Shown: in pieces, positions 10,101 through 19,581 of the stretch
Numbering within the stretch: the stretch's first letter is position 1
Layout: every line of letters starts with the position of its first letter
Translations under genes and position numbers: made by a program
Source of the DNA: Bacteroidales bacterium
GTDB taxonomy: Bacteria; Bacteroidota; Bacteroidia; Bacteroidales; UBA3824
Length of the DNA stretch: 51,530 nucleotides
NCBI GenBank assembly: GCA_017964465.1
Contig: JAGCRY010000100.1
Span: forward strand, 1 to 51,530
Direction: 5' to 3'
Notes under the pieces: generated by a model
The model's database searches: none
What the model was told of the DNA's origin: nothing
What the model saw: only the letters and a program-made list of their open reading frames with translations

Positions 10101-10384
10101 TAGACGATGAAAATAATACGACGCTGCAAAGTTTTGCTGAAAGTCTTTTCAATTTCCGGGATGATTTCGAGTGCGCGGTCACATGTGAATTGCGCGATGT
10201 CCTTGCCTTGCTGATAATAGTAGGCATCAAATTTCGGATAACGATAATACATCCATTCAAACTCTGAATATTGAACCCTGTTTTGCCCGAAGTCCATCTG
10301 GTGACCATTGTAGAATTGAGCCTCGGCTTCAAAATATATGACGCTGAGAGTCAGGGTGATGAATATGCGCAATATGGTTTTCAT
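7103..10384 (-). CDS. Large outer-membrane protein: signal peptide, N-terminal globular domain, TolB/PD40-like beta-propeller, C-terminal Omp85/BamA-type barrel
   Basis: Signal peptide MKTILRIFITLTLSVIYFEAEAQ. PD40-like repeats are seen (LLAPDGRHTFY, VAAWHKSGQLISF, DPQFAENSTQIVFASNR, YDIFVYDYK). The barrel carries NMRGF (loop-6-like) and VGFFDAGSAW motifs typical of Omp85 family barrels. Confidence 0.7.
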   Translation of the reverse strand: MKTILRIFITLTLSVIYFEAEAQFYNGHQMDFGQNRVQYSEFEWMYYRYPKFDAYYYQQGKDIAQFTCDRALEIIPEIEKTFSKTLQRRIIFIVYNRLAEYRQSNIGLVTGDKQSNLGGVAKIIDNKVFLYYDGDHIKYETQIREAVAKIILGTALNGSGIRNRVQSAGTTSTPQWYSDGLSYYVAADWNAEIEDILKDGFESRKYKKINYLTGDDAKYAGYSMWFYINRVYGRDAIPSILYFTSINKNPNIAFKQVLNVKFRQLNKDWVSYYNDKFGIPDGRRIPKDTAPHDNDIIKKYKRNTIYDKPLLAPDGRHTFYCTNKQGRYKVYLIDNKTQKRKKLLAREHKLQQAIEYNYPVAAWHKSGQLISFVIEEKGYIYLYQYNLTDGKMLRRMLPKFDKVFSMAYSDDGLNMVMSVQLSGLTDIVVMNVASGSYEQITRDLADDIDPQFAENSTQIVFASNRLSDTMRVEKVDDHDKIGATYDIFVYDYKNKSNVLRRITNSKYENETSPSELSHNSYSYLSDRNGIVNRYASVYDSTIIAIDTTVHYRYTNEYKPVSNKRHSILHLNVNRPQGKISFNSRNRGRYLMQTEPIERQSNVPSVLQPTYFRSVMDRHQQRVDSMEVVKRQKAKLERQRIDSIVANPPKNLIHPDSLKYDITNYYFEEEKSLAHQLIFYNEDLKARHINEKMERPTQRMYFTTFYTDYLVSQVDFSTLSQGYQPFTGGPYYFDPGASAFFKVGIKDLFEDYRLTAAFRFGGNFDSYEYYLSFENLRKRLDKQYVFHRNTYTNEDYTKVASNEVMFVASYPFSQVTAVKGTLGMRYDKAEYQIVDTYNIGKDPDYQVFANAKAEIVFDNSYQITTNIPAGARMKAWGEVYQQVEGRYDLISTVGFDCRYYLPIHRCMILAGRVAGASSFGSGKVLYYLGGVDNWTTFSSDISKRFDQSIRIDQEENYIYQAVGTNMRGFIQNCRNGNTFAVANAELRLPLFRYLFNRPLSSKLINDFQVVGFFDAGSAWTGLVPGKDNAYNKFDIQDGSIRMIIDVERPTVVAGYGFGLRTSLLGYFMRLDWAWGLEGHVVLPRTFYFSLGLDF

Positions 10385-10387
10385 AAT

Positions 10388-11152
10388 CTAAATGTTTTCC
10401 TTTTTCTGTTCTGGTATTACTAAATTGACTTCGTTAAAGGCGTAGGACTGCTGAACGTTTGTTTCAGCATCCTCAACCGTCAACATTCCATGACGGTCAA
10501 CATCACGGATGATGCCCTTAAACACCTTGCCACCGCTTCTGTAAATCAAAGTACGGTCGAGACCGAGCATGATGCTTTTGTATTGAGACATGAGGGTTTC
10601 GGCGTTTGAGGCGCTTATGTCGTATATTTTTTGACGCAAGATTTCGATAATGGTTGAAAATTCCTGGTCCAAGTCATATTGTTTGCCAGTACATTTGGTG
10701 AGCGAAATCGGGTTTGGCAGGTTGTCAGGGAATGTGGGCTGATTGATATTCAAGCCGATGCCAATGATGCTATAACGGATGTAATGACCGCTAACAGTGT
10801 TTTCAATGAGCATACCACATATTTTTTTCATGCCCACATACACGTCATTTGGCCATTTGATGGAAACATCCTCAACGCCTTTTTGCTTCAAATACTCGGC
10901 GACAGCGATTGCAGAAGCTTGCGACAGCATGAATTGATTGCGCACTTCCAGTTTTGTCGGGAAAAATACATAACTGAACATCAGGTTCATGGCGTTTGGA
11001 GAATACCATGTATTTCCACGCTGTCCACGACCGTCGGTCTGGAAGTCGGCACGTATGACAAAATCACCTTTTGGCGCGACGCCGTTTTGAAGTTGACGTT
11101 GAGCCTCATTGTTGGTGGAGTCTATTATGGAATATTTGATTTCGTTCGTCAT
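10388..11152 (-). CDS. birA: Biotin--[acetyl-CoA-carboxylase] ligase (class I, no N-terminal HTH)
   Basis: GRGQRGNTWYS biotin-binding loop, KWPNDVY motif, 254 aa. Confidence 0.85.
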   Translation of the reverse strand: MTNEIKYSIIDSTNNEAQRQLQNGVAPKGDFVIRADFQTDGRGQRGNTWYSPNAMNLMFSYVFFPTKLEVRNQFMLSQASAIAVAEYLKQKGVEDVSIKWPNDVYVGMKKICGMLIENTVSGHYIRYSIIGIGLNINQPTFPDNLPNPISLTKCTGKQYDLDQEFSTIIEILRQKIYDISASNAETLMSQYKSIMLGLDRTLIYRSGGKVFKGIIRDVDRHGMLTVEDAETNVQQSYAFNEVNLVIPEQKKENI

Positions 11153-11157
11153 ATTAT

Positions 11158-12402
11158 TTATTTTTTTATTTGTGACTGGCTGCCTCGGTTTACACGCAGA
11201 CGGATAATTTCAATTTTTGGACGTTTCACTTGCAAAATTTTCATCGTGAAAGGCCCGTCAATGATTTCATCACCATATTTCGGAATGTCCTCGTTGAGTT
11301 TGAGGATGTAGCCCGCGAGGGTTTCGTATTCGTCCGATTTTGGCAAACCAATCTTATATTTTTCATTTATGTAGTCAATTTCAAGACGTCCCGCCAAAAT
11401 GTACTCGTCGGGGCCTGTCTGTTTGTCTATGAAGTCCTGATTGTCATGCTCATCCTCAATTTCGCCGGTTATTTCCTCAATGATGTCCTCCACTGTCAAC
11501 ATTCCAGCCGTGCCGCCGTATTCGTCAATTACAATGGCTACACTAAGACGGCGTTTGATGAATTGTTTGAACAACTGTTCCGCCGTCATTGTTTCGGGAA
11601 CTTCGATGGCGTTTGTGAGTATGCTGCGTATTGTCGTGGGATTTTTGAACAATGACAACGCATTCACATAACCCTTCACATTGTCTATTGTCTTGTCACT
11701 GATGAGAATTTTGGAAAAATTGCTTTCAATGAACTTCCCCGACAAAGTTTCAATATCATCATCAATATCGGCATGAACGATTTCATTACGCGGCACGAGA
11801 CATTCTCGGATTTTTATGTTCGTGAAATCCAAGGCATTAAGCAAAATCTTGAAATCATTGTCATGGTAACTTGTAGTATCGGCTGCGGAAGGCGTGTTGT
11901 CTTGGAATGGCAGAAGTTCATGAAACTTGTCAATGCCTTTCTTTTCAGCACGAGCCACGACAGGGAACAAAACGACATACAGCCACGGGTAAATCAGGTT
12001 AGAGATGCTTGAAGCGATGGCGGCAAAATGCCTCAAAGACTCATTGCTTTTACGCGCCATGAGTGCGGCTGGCATGGCGTCGAAAAGAATAACAGAAACG
12101 ATGATGGCACCAAATGTCGTCACAAACCTCTGCCACATAGCGCCGTATTCCACAGCACCAAACAAAACCATGAGGACAACGCCAAGCAAACACAACGACA
12201 CAATTTCACCAGTGTACATCAGTGTCGTGCAAAGGCCTATGTTGTCGATTGGTCTGAACACAACGCCCTGCCGGATTGAACGTTGACGTACATCAATATC
12301 CAATATCAACTTGTCGCACGACGAGATAGCGGCCTTCATTCCTGAGAAAAATGCCGTGGACAATGCCCCGAGTGCCAAAAGCGATATTGATAGTGCCGTC
12401 AT
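11158..12402 (-). CDS. DUF21-CBS pair-CorC/HlyC family membrane protein (GldE-like)
   Basis: An N-terminal multi-TM DUF21 region, central CBS-pair sequence and a C-terminal CorC_HlyC-like domain (GRLEIDYINEKY...ETLAGYIL). The start overlaps the mreD stop as TAATG. Confidence 0.85.
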   Translation of the reverse strand: MTALSISLLALGALSTAFFSGMKAAISSCDKLILDIDVRQRSIRQGVVFRPIDNIGLCTTLMYTGEIVSLCLLGVVLMVLFGAVEYGAMWQRFVTTFGAIIVSVILFDAMPAALMARKSNESLRHFAAIASSISNLIYPWLYVVLFPVVARAEKKGIDKFHELLPFQDNTPSAADTTSYHDNDFKILLNALDFTNIKIRECLVPRNEIVHADIDDDIETLSGKFIESNFSKILISDKTIDNVKGYVNALSLFKNPTTIRSILTNAIEVPETMTAEQLFKQFIKRRLSVAIVIDEYGGTAGMLTVEDIIEEITGEIEDEHDNQDFIDKQTGPDEYILAGRLEIDYINEKYKIGLPKSDEYETLAGYILKLNEDIPKYGDEIIDGPFTMKILQVKRPKIEIIRLRVNRGSQSQIKK

Positions 12403-12914
12403 TATTTTCTGAAAGCTATGTATTGTGAAAAAACAAGAAGAACTTCCGTAAACAGTGCTGTAAGCACAATCTGAGAGAGCGTCTTAAAAAAATGATCAAA
12501 GCCAAAAGCGTCGAGCATAAAATATGCAGCATGGTGTATGAGGACGAGAAGCCCACTGTAATAAATATACCACAAGAATCCCATGTGCATCAGGTACGGG
12601 CGCGTGCCGTTTTCATATCCGTCACGCGGAGCAAGCAGCCCAAGTACCCACGGACGAGCAAACGCCATCACTGTGGATGCGCCAGAATTAAGTCCAGGTG
12701 TGTCACAGAAAACGTCAACCACAAAACCTACAAAAAATCCAAGCACGAGCAGAACCCATTTTGGAGTCTCGAAAGGCAACGCCAAAATGAAAAGCGTGTA
12801 GAGCATCGGTGTAATGCCCCATACGCCGACATTGATGTTGTTGACGATCATGACCTGCAACAACACCACTATCAAAAACATTAACATTATCCTGCCGTAT
12901 GCCCTTATATCCAT
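12402..12914 (-). CDS. mreD: Rod shape-determining protein MreD
   Basis: A 170-aa polytopic membrane protein directly following mreC (TAAATG junction) in the conserved mreBCD order. Confidence 0.7.
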   Translation of the reverse strand: MDIRAYGRIMLMFLIVVLLQVMIVNNINVGVWGITPMLYTLFILALPFETPKWVLLVLGFFVGFVVDVFCDTPGLNSGASTVMAFARPWVLGLLAPRDGYENGTRPYLMHMGFLWYIYYSGLLVLIHHAAYFMLDAFGFDHFFKTLSQIVLTALFTEVLLVFSQYIAFRK

Positions 12915-13754
12915 TTATTGCTCAAATTTGGACTCCTCAGCCTCAAGGGTTTTACGCTCCTCCTGGTTGATGTTTTCAATGATGAAAACATTGGTGAGGC
13001 ATTTGAAGTCGGTTAGAAGTTTTACTTTGATGGAATAAAAATTGTCGTCACTGTTACGTGCAAAATCTTCAATAGTGGCAACAGGGATGCCCTGCGGGAA
13101 AATGGCAGAATATCCACTCGTGACCACCGTATCACCCTTGTGCAGTTCGACATGGTTTGGAATTTCATTGAGGATGGCGAACCGATAGTCGTCGCCGGGC
13201 CAAATCATAGACCCGTAGAAATTTGAAGTTTTCAGTTTTGCAGAAATGCCGGTCTTGTTGTTGAGGAGCGAAATTGCCAGCGAGTAATGCTTGGATACCG
13301 CCACGACAACTCCAACCGCTCCAGCCGCAGACATCACACCCATGTCGGGTTTGACACCATTGTCGCTGCCCACGTCAAGCGTTATGAAATTGTTGCGGCG
13401 GCTTGTGGAGTTTTTGATGACTGAAGCAGTCATAGTACGATATTCAAGGCGACGACCTGCTGTATCTGTCACATCATGGAAACGCGCCGTATCAACGGCA
13501 ATGAAATCGTTGGAGTTCGCCTTGATGTTTGTGAGTTGTTGCATGAGCATTGCGTTCTCCTCCCTAAGATGGAAGTAGCCGACATAATTCCACATAAAAT
13601 CGTAAATGTTGCCGATGATGTAGTTTGCCGATGTATGGAAGACAGCGTTGCGCCTTCCGTTACCATTGACCAGCATCATCAGCGACACAACTTCCAATGC
13701 TATGAAAATCAGCAAGAAATGTATCCTTCTTAGAAATCTGAACAGACTGTCCAT
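12915..13754 (-). CDS. mreC: Rod shape-determining protein MreC
   Basis: N-terminal TM anchor, a coiled-coil segment (LREENAMLMQQL), and a C-terminal beta-rich domain with GDTVVTSGYSAIFPQGIPV. It sits downstream of mreB. Confidence 0.8.
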   Translation of the reverse strand: MDSLFRFLRRIHFLLIFIALEVVSLMMLVNGNGRRNAVFHTSANYIIGNIYDFMWNYVGYFHLREENAMLMQQLTNIKANSNDFIAVDTARFHDVTDTAGRRLEYRTMTASVIKNSTSRRNNFITLDVGSDNGVKPDMGVMSAAGAVGVVVAVSKHYSLAISLLNNKTGISAKLKTSNFYGSMIWPGDDYRFAILNEIPNHVELHKGDTVVTSGYSAIFPQGIPVATIEDFARNSDDNFYSIKVKLLTDFKCLTNVFIIENINQEERKTLEAEESKFEQ

Positions 13755-13828
13755 GCGGTTGGTTTTCTATTGAAATGAGGTTGCTGCGGCCTATTAACGG
13801 CTTTAAGCAACCTCTTTTTACTTTCGTA

Positions 13829-14851
13829 TTATTTGAGCAAGAACGGGAACTTGTCCACATTCTTCAATGCAATGCCTGTACCACGTGCCACAGCGTGCAG
13901 CGGGTCTTCCGACACTTTGACTGGCAAGTTCGTCTTTTCAGCGAGTCGCTTGTCGAGTCCTCGGAGAAGTGCGCCGCCACCAGTGAGGTGTATGCCGTTT
14001 TTGAAGATATCGGCGTACAATTCTGGAGGCGTCTGCTCGAGAACGTTAAGGATTGCAGCCTCAATCTTGCCGAGCGACTTGTCGAGACAGTGGGCAATTT
14101 CCTGATATGAAATCGGAATTTCCACAGGAAGAGCCGTCATCTGGTGAGGACCGCGTACCATGTAGTCTGCGGGCGGGTCTTCGAGGTCGGTGATTGCCGA
14201 ACCGACATTGATTTTAATCGCCTCCGCCGTGCGGTCAAACACCTTGATATTATGCTGATGGCGCATATATTCCATGATGTCCTCTGTAAAATCGTCACCG
14301 GCGATGCGGATGCTTCGGTTGCAGACAATACCACCGAGGGAAATCACGGCGATTTCCGTTGTACCACCACCTATATCCACAATCATGTTGCCTTCAGGTG
14401 CTTCAACATCGATGCCGATACCGAGAGCCGCTGCCATTGGCTCGAAAATCATCCAAACATCCCTCGCTCCAGCATGTTCAGCGGAGTCACGGACTGCGCG
14501 GCGTTCAACTTCGGTCGAGCCGGAAGGAATGCCGACAACGATTTTGATGGCGGGCTGGAATAGCATCCTCTTGCGGTTGCCCATCTTAATCATGCCGCGT
14601 ATCATCATCTCAGCGGCCTTGAAGTCGGCGATTACGCCGTCCCTCAGAGGGCGAATCGTGCGTATATTCTCGTGAGTCTTGCCATGCATGAGTTGAGCCT
14701 TCATGCCGATAGCAATAGTCTTTTCCGAGGTATGGTCGATGGCAACAATAGACGGCTCGTCAACAACAATGCGGTCGTGCATTATGATGACGGTGTTCGC
14801 CGTGCCGAGGTCCATCGCCAATTCTTGTGTGAAGAATGAAAAAAGTCCCAT
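13829..14851 (-). CDS. mreB: Rod shape-determining actin homolog MreB
   Basis: DLGTANTVI phosphate-1, VDIGGGTTEIAVISLGG phosphate-2 and GIHLTGGGALLRGLD adenosine motifs. Confidence 0.95.
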   Translation of the reverse strand: MGLFSFFTQELAMDLGTANTVIIMHDRIVVDEPSIVAIDHTSEKTIAIGMKAQLMHGKTHENIRTIRPLRDGVIADFKAAEMMIRGMIKMGNRKRMLFQPAIKIVVGIPSGSTEVERRAVRDSAEHAGARDVWMIFEPMAAALGIGIDVEAPEGNMIVDIGGGTTEIAVISLGGIVCNRSIRIAGDDFTEDIMEYMRHQHNIKVFDRTAEAIKINVGSAITDLEDPPADYMVRGPHQMTALPVEIPISYQEIAHCLDKSLGKIEAAILNVLEQTPPELYADIFKNGIHLTGGGALLRGLDKRLAEKTNLPVKVSEDPLHAVARGTGIALKNVDKFPFLLK

Positions 14852-14946
14852 TTTCCTGTGTTTTTTGTTTTTCTTGTTGTTTTTTTCAAATTCTAAAAAT
14901 TGCCGTTTGTCTTTTGGTAGTTGTTGTTTTGTTTCCTTTAACGCGG

Positions 14947-14954
14947 CAAAATTA
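14947..14954 (-). promoter_or_regulatory. Bacteroidota -7 box TAATTTTG (TAnnTTTG) upstream of mreB
   Basis: The minus-strand sequence TAATTTTG lies about 95 nt upstream of the mreB ATG. This is a consensus match only. Confidence 0.35.
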
Positions 14955-15039
14955 TCATTTTATTTCCAATAATACAATGATTTTGCCAATATTTTCTCAA
15001 AATTTCTTTTAAACAAAATTTTAAACGAATTAAAAGAAA

Positions 15040-16590
15040 TTAAAGCATTTTCTTTATTTCATCGGCGAGGATGTCGAGCGAAATTTCCTTTTGAACACGG
15101 TTTTTCCATTCGTTCTTGTCGGTTATTGTGGCTGCGAGTTCCTTGCCGAGTTTAAGGTTCTTGACGGATGCAACGCCTTTAGCAGCCTCGTCGCCGCCAA
15201 TGATGATGGCGAGCGGGCAATTGTTGCGGTCGGCGTATGCCATTTGGTGTTTGAGACCGCGTTTTGCGCCATAATAAATTTCTGTATTTATTCCAGCTGT
15301 GCGAAGTTTCATCGCTGTCTTTTGATAGAGCGGCATCAGCTCATCATCGAACACAATGATTATGACAGGACCGTCGATTTGCTCAGGCACTTGTCCCGTC
15401 AATGTCAACAACTCTGCGAGACGGTCAACGCCAATGGATGCACCCGTAGCCGGCACTTTTACATGCAACAGGTTTTCCACAAGTCCATCATAACGACCAC
15501 CGCCACAGATAGAGCCGACACGACGTTCAACGCCTTTGGCATCCTTGTATGTCTGCAAAGACTCAACCTCATAAATCGGGCCTGTGTAATATCCAAGACC
15601 GCGAACCATGCCAGGATCGAGGATTGCGACTTGTTCATCATATCCAAGTTCAGCGAGGATATGGTCAATGAGTTCAAGTTCGATGACACCTTCTTTATAA
15701 GTGTCGTTTTCGTATGCGGGTTTTGATTTGAGTTTTGCGATTACATTGAGGCGAGTGTCATGCTGTTCAAAGTCTTTTATGTAATTTACAATGAGTTCAA
15801 CATGCTGAGCATCAAGACTCAAACCAGGGATTTGAGCGCCTGAAATTTCGTCCACACGACCACTGCCAAGTTCCTTAGCGACGGCATCAATGCCAATCTT
15901 ATCAAGTTTGTCAATGACACGCATAACAGACATTTCCTGTTCCTTGTCTGTTATGCCAGAATATGCCAATAAACCGTTGACAATCTTGCGGTTGTTGATT
16001 TTTATGAGGTATGTTCCGCGTTTCAGACCGATATTTTCGAGAGCCTGAGAAAGAATCATGCAGTTTTCGGCGTCTGTCGAAACGTCTTCCGCTCCCACTG
16101 TGTCGAAGTCCATCTGCCAAAATTCACGGAAACGACCCGGGTCGAGTTTCGCCTCAAACCTATAAACCGGTCCATATTGATAGCGGCGAAAAAGGTTTGT
16201 CTTGCCCTGTATCTCACCACGCAAATGCTGTTGCCAAAGGCTTTCCGCATACACACGCGCAAGCGGTGCAGTGAGGTCATAACGCATTGCGAGATAATGG
16301 TTTTCCATGATGACATTGTTGTCAGCGTCGCGCATTTCGCGACCTTCAGTGTCATATACAGGTTCGATTTCGGGGTTTTTGAATGAATATACACCCTGAG
16401 CCACGCTGTCAGCGTCGGGCAGGTATTTGCCGAGACATTCGGCATATTCGAGAACAGGAGTATCAAACCTGCTGAAGCCAAAGCGTCTGTAAACTTCTGT
16501 CGCCTTGTTGATTATCAACTCCCTAAGAGCATTTTGCGAAGATGTAATATCTCTGAATCCCTTAACTTTTTGGGGAACAATTCCTCTCAT
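15040..16590 (-). CDS. hisS: Histidine--tRNA ligase (long form, 516 aa)
   Basis: Class II motifs are present: KGFRDI, FRRYQYGPVYRFE, QMDFDTVG and GGGRYDGL. A C-terminal anticodon-binding domain is also present. Confidence 0.9.
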   Translation of the reverse strand: MRGIVPQKVKGFRDITSSQNALRELIINKATEVYRRFGFSRFDTPVLEYAECLGKYLPDADSVAQGVYSFKNPEIEPVYDTEGREMRDADNNVIMENHYLAMRYDLTAPLARVYAESLWQQHLRGEIQGKTNLFRRYQYGPVYRFEAKLDPGRFREFWQMDFDTVGAEDVSTDAENCMILSQALENIGLKRGTYLIKINNRKIVNGLLAYSGITDKEQEMSVMRVIDKLDKIGIDAVAKELGSGRVDEISGAQIPGLSLDAQHVELIVNYIKDFEQHDTRLNVIAKLKSKPAYENDTYKEGVIELELIDHILAELGYDEQVAILDPGMVRGLGYYTGPIYEVESLQTYKDAKGVERRVGSICGGGRYDGLVENLLHVKVPATGASIGVDRLAELLTLTGQVPEQIDGPVIIIVFDDELMPLYQKTAMKLRTAGINTEIYYGAKRGLKHQMAYADRNNCPLAIIIGGDEAAKGVASVKNLKLGKELAATITDKNEWKNRVQKEISLDILADEIKKML

Positions 16591-16623
16591 TTTTGATGAT
16601 GTCAGTTTTAAAGATTTATTTTA

Positions 16624-16631
16624 CAAAGGTA
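16624..16631 (-). promoter_or_regulatory. -7 box TACCTTTG upstream of hisS
   Basis: The minus-strand TACCTTTG lies about 34 nt upstream of the hisS ATG. An identical octamer precedes accA and ilvC. Confidence 0.45.
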
Positions 16632-16696
16632 GTAATATTTAAGGAGTGACGGTAGCGGGGTGTTGTTAAAATAAGTTAAAAAGATAGCTGTCGTCA

Positions 16697-17977
16697 TTAA
16701 GTCTTCATCTTCTTTTTCTTCGCCGCCGGGAAAAGCACGTTATTCAAGATAAGACGGTAGCCCGGGCTGTTTGGATGAAGGTCGAGATCTGTGGGCGGGT
16801 CGCCTACAAAATGCTGATAATCAGCGGGGTCATGTCCTCCATACCATGTCCAAGTGCCTTTGCCATATTCGCCGTGGATATAACGCGCTTCGTTTGCAGA
16901 CTTGTTTTCACCCATTATCAACACGCTCGGTTTGAGGACTTCCTTGCGGTAGGATGTTGTCTGACCCATGAAAGCATCAATGACAGCCTCATGGTTTTGA
17001 CATAACATCGTCGGCACAGGATCCCATTTCGCAGAAAAATCAAAAAGTGTAAACACATCATTTTCCTTCTTGACATTGCGAGTGTTTGTAGCGTCGATGT
17101 CTGCATACTCATAGACATTTGGATTGAGCTCCAAAGTGAAATTTTGAAACGCAAAAGTCTTGCTGAAATCCAATTTCTTTTGACAGTCGGGATCAATTGG
17201 GTCGCCGTCAAACATCGGCTGACAAATGTCAACACCCTCGGCAGCAAGCGCAATATCAAAACTATCTGTGGCTGAACACATTGCAAACATGAATCCACCA
17301 TTACCGACAAACTCCTTCATGGTCTTTGCGACAGCAAGTTTGAGATGAGAAACCTTGGAGAAACCCATTTTTTGAGCCAATGCATTGAACTCCGCAACCT
17401 GATTCCGATACCACGGTGCATTTTTGTATGAAGAATAAAACTTTCCAAACTGACCCGTAAAATCCTCATGGTGAACATGTAACCAATCGTATTTGGAAAG
17501 TTCGCCAGTTAGGATTTCCTCATCATAAACCACCGTATAATCAATTTCGGCGTATGTCAGGACAAGCATCACAGCATCATCCCACGGCTTGTAGGTTTTG
17601 GGCGCATAAACTGCAATCTTTGGAGCTTTTTCGAGTTTCACTTGCTCCATGTTTATGTCATTACGCGAGATTTCAGCGAGGATATTATTTGCGGCGGCGT
17701 CAGCAATCTGCTCAAACCTCACATTCCTAACGCGACACATCGTGACAATATAATCCTGATAATCAGTCAAAAAACTTCCACCACGATAATTGAGCAACCA
17801 TTCAGCCTCACCACCATTTTTTAATATTGCATAACAAATACCGTATGCCTTCAGATGGTTGGTCTGAGTATTGTCCATAGGAATGAGGATTTTCATGGCT
17901 GCGGCAGGTAATGTAGTCATTATCAATGTCATCACAACCAAAAACCTTCCAAAATATTTCAATACAATGTTACTCAT
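16697..17977 (-). CDS. Conserved secreted protein, possibly class-I glutamine-amidotransferase-like fold (function unknown)
   Basis: A signal/anchor sequence (VVMTLIMTTLPAAA) and a nucleophile-elbow-like GGFMFAMCSATD. The call rests on weak pattern recognition only. Confidence 0.45.
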   Translation of the reverse strand: MSNIVLKYFGRFLVVMTLIMTTLPAAAMKILIPMDNTQTNHLKAYGICYAILKNGGEAEWLLNYRGGSFLTDYQDYIVTMCRVRNVRFEQIADAAANNILAEISRNDINMEQVKLEKAPKIAVYAPKTYKPWDDAVMLVLTYAEIDYTVVYDEEILTGELSKYDWLHVHHEDFTGQFGKFYSSYKNAPWYRNQVAEFNALAQKMGFSKVSHLKLAVAKTMKEFVGNGGFMFAMCSATDSFDIALAAEGVDICQPMFDGDPIDPDCQKKLDFSKTFAFQNFTLELNPNVYEYADIDATNTRNVKKENDVFTLFDFSAKWDPVPTMLCQNHEAVIDAFMGQTTSYRKEVLKPSVLIMGENKSANEARYIHGEYGKGTWTWYGGHDPADYQHFVGDPPTDLDLHPNSPGYRLILNNVLFPAAKKKKMKT

Positions 17978-17995
17978 GGTATGATAGAATTATAA

Positions 17996-19558
17996 TCAGA
18001 ACGGTGCTGACGCATCCGAGGACGACATATTAGGTATCTGGGAGGGCATACTGTTTATGGAAGATTCAAACGATTGGACCATGCTTCCTGAATCATCCAA
18101 AGCCGGAAGTCCTGTCATCTGTCCCATGGAATCCCATTCTTCAAACCTTGCATATTCTGCACGGAAACGCAGGTTTACATCGCAAACCGCGCCATTACGG
18201 TGCTTGGCGATAATTACTTGTCCAAGTCCCTGTGTACTATTGCCGCTCTCATCCTGCATCTGTCCATAATATTCGGGACGGTGGATGAAACAAACAATAT
18301 CAGCATCCTGCTCTATCGCACCCGAATCTCGGAGGTCATTAAGTTGAGGACGGTTTGAACCACCACGCGCCACAGTGTTACGACTCAACTGCGAAAGCGC
18401 AATGATGGGGACATTGAGTTCCTTTGCCAACTGCTTTATGCCACGCGAAATTGTGGAGACTTCTTGTTCACGATTTCCACGCACCTCCTCTGGACCCGTC
18501 ATAAGCTGCAAATAGTCAATCATGACAATTCCAATGTCATGTTGCAACTTCATGCGGATGCACTTTGAACGCAACTCAAACAGAGAAATCGCCGCCGTAT
18601 CGTCTATGAACAACTTTCCACCTTCCAAATTTTTTATTTTTGCATCCAATTGCATCCATTCATGGTCTTCAAGTTTGCCTGTACGAATTTTATCGGATGG
18701 AAGTTCCGTTTCAGAAACAATGATACGGTTAATCAGCTGAACGGCAGACATTTCCAAAGAGAAAATTAGCACAGGTACATGGTGGTTCACAACCATGTTA
18801 CGCGCCATAGACAAGATAAATGCAGTCTTTCCCATTGCAGGACGCGCTGCCACAACTATCATGTCACTATTCTGCCAACCTTGCGTTATGCGGTCGAGAG
18901 TTGTAAAGCCCGATGGAATGCCAGAAAGACCGTCAGTACGTTTGGAGGCGTCCTCAATGCGTTGTAAAGCCTCTTTCAATATATCATCCATGCCTCGCGT
19001 CTGCGTCTTGATTGTGCCGTTGGCGAGATCGAAAATTGACTTTTCAGAAAATTGCAACAGGTCATTCACATCACTTGTTTGGTCATACGCACGGTCTTCA
19101 ATCTCCGTTGCAATCTTGATGAGCTGACGCTGTATGAACTTCTGCTGAAGAATCCTTGCATGAAACTCGAGGTGAGCAGCGGAACCGACCTTTTCAGTCA
19201 AGGACGCAACATAATACGCTCCGCCAACCTCTTCAAGAGTACCATTTTTAGACAGTTGCTCGACGACAGTGTAGATGTCAATAGGCTGTTGCGACGTGGA
19301 AAGTTTGAGGATTGCATCGAAAATCTTGGCATTTGCCTCCTTATAGAAACTGTCCTTTGTCAAGATATTCAACACGTCAATTTCCGCGCCCTGCTCGAGC
19401 ATCATAGCACCAAGCACAACTTCTTCGAGTTCTATGTCATGCGGAGGGATGCGCCCGTAGGCATCATTGACACGCCCGACTAATTTGGCATCCTTGCCCT
19501 TCTTGTTATCCCTGTTGGATTCCGTATAGGATGATGTAGCTGGCATTTTTTGTGTCAA
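17996..19558 (-). CDS. dnaB: Replicative DNA helicase DnaB
   Basis: IPPHDIELEEVVLGAMML N-terminal domain, Walker A AARPAMGKT, Walker B VMIDYLQLM, IIALSQLSR and RDSGAIEQDADIV motifs. Confidence 0.95.
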   Translation of the reverse strand: MTQKMPATSSYTESNRDNKKGKDAKLVGRVNDAYGRIPPHDIELEEVVLGAMMLEQGAEIDVLNILTKDSFYKEANAKIFDAILKLSTSQQPIDIYTVVEQLSKNGTLEEVGGAYYVASLTEKVGSAAHLEFHARILQQKFIQRQLIKIATEIEDRAYDQTSDVNDLLQFSEKSIFDLANGTIKTQTRGMDDILKEALQRIEDASKRTDGLSGIPSGFTTLDRITQGWQNSDMIVVAARPAMGKTAFILSMARNMVVNHHVPVLIFSLEMSAVQLINRIIVSETELPSDKIRTGKLEDHEWMQLDAKIKNLEGGKLFIDDTAAISLFELRSKCIRMKLQHDIGIVMIDYLQLMTGPEEVRGNREQEVSTISRGIKQLAKELNVPIIALSQLSRNTVARGGSNRPQLNDLRDSGAIEQDADIVCFIHRPEYYGQMQDESGNSTQGLGQVIIAKHRNGAVCDVNLRFRAEYARFEEWDSMGQMTGLPALDDSGSMVQSFESSINSMPSQIPNMSSSDASAPF

Positions 19559-19581
19559 AAAAGAATTGTTGGATGATGATA

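Noticed and set aside
10679-11311. A 210-aa plus-strand ORF
   Set aside because: It is antisense across the birA / CBS-domain gene junction. The real genes on the minus strand have strong motifs.
15040-16590. The unusual length of HisS (516 aa) as a sign of a fusion or insertion element
   Set aside because: The extra residues lie within the known variable insertion domain between motifs 2 and 3. All class II motifs and the anticodon-binding domain are collinear, so this is probably just a long-form HisS.
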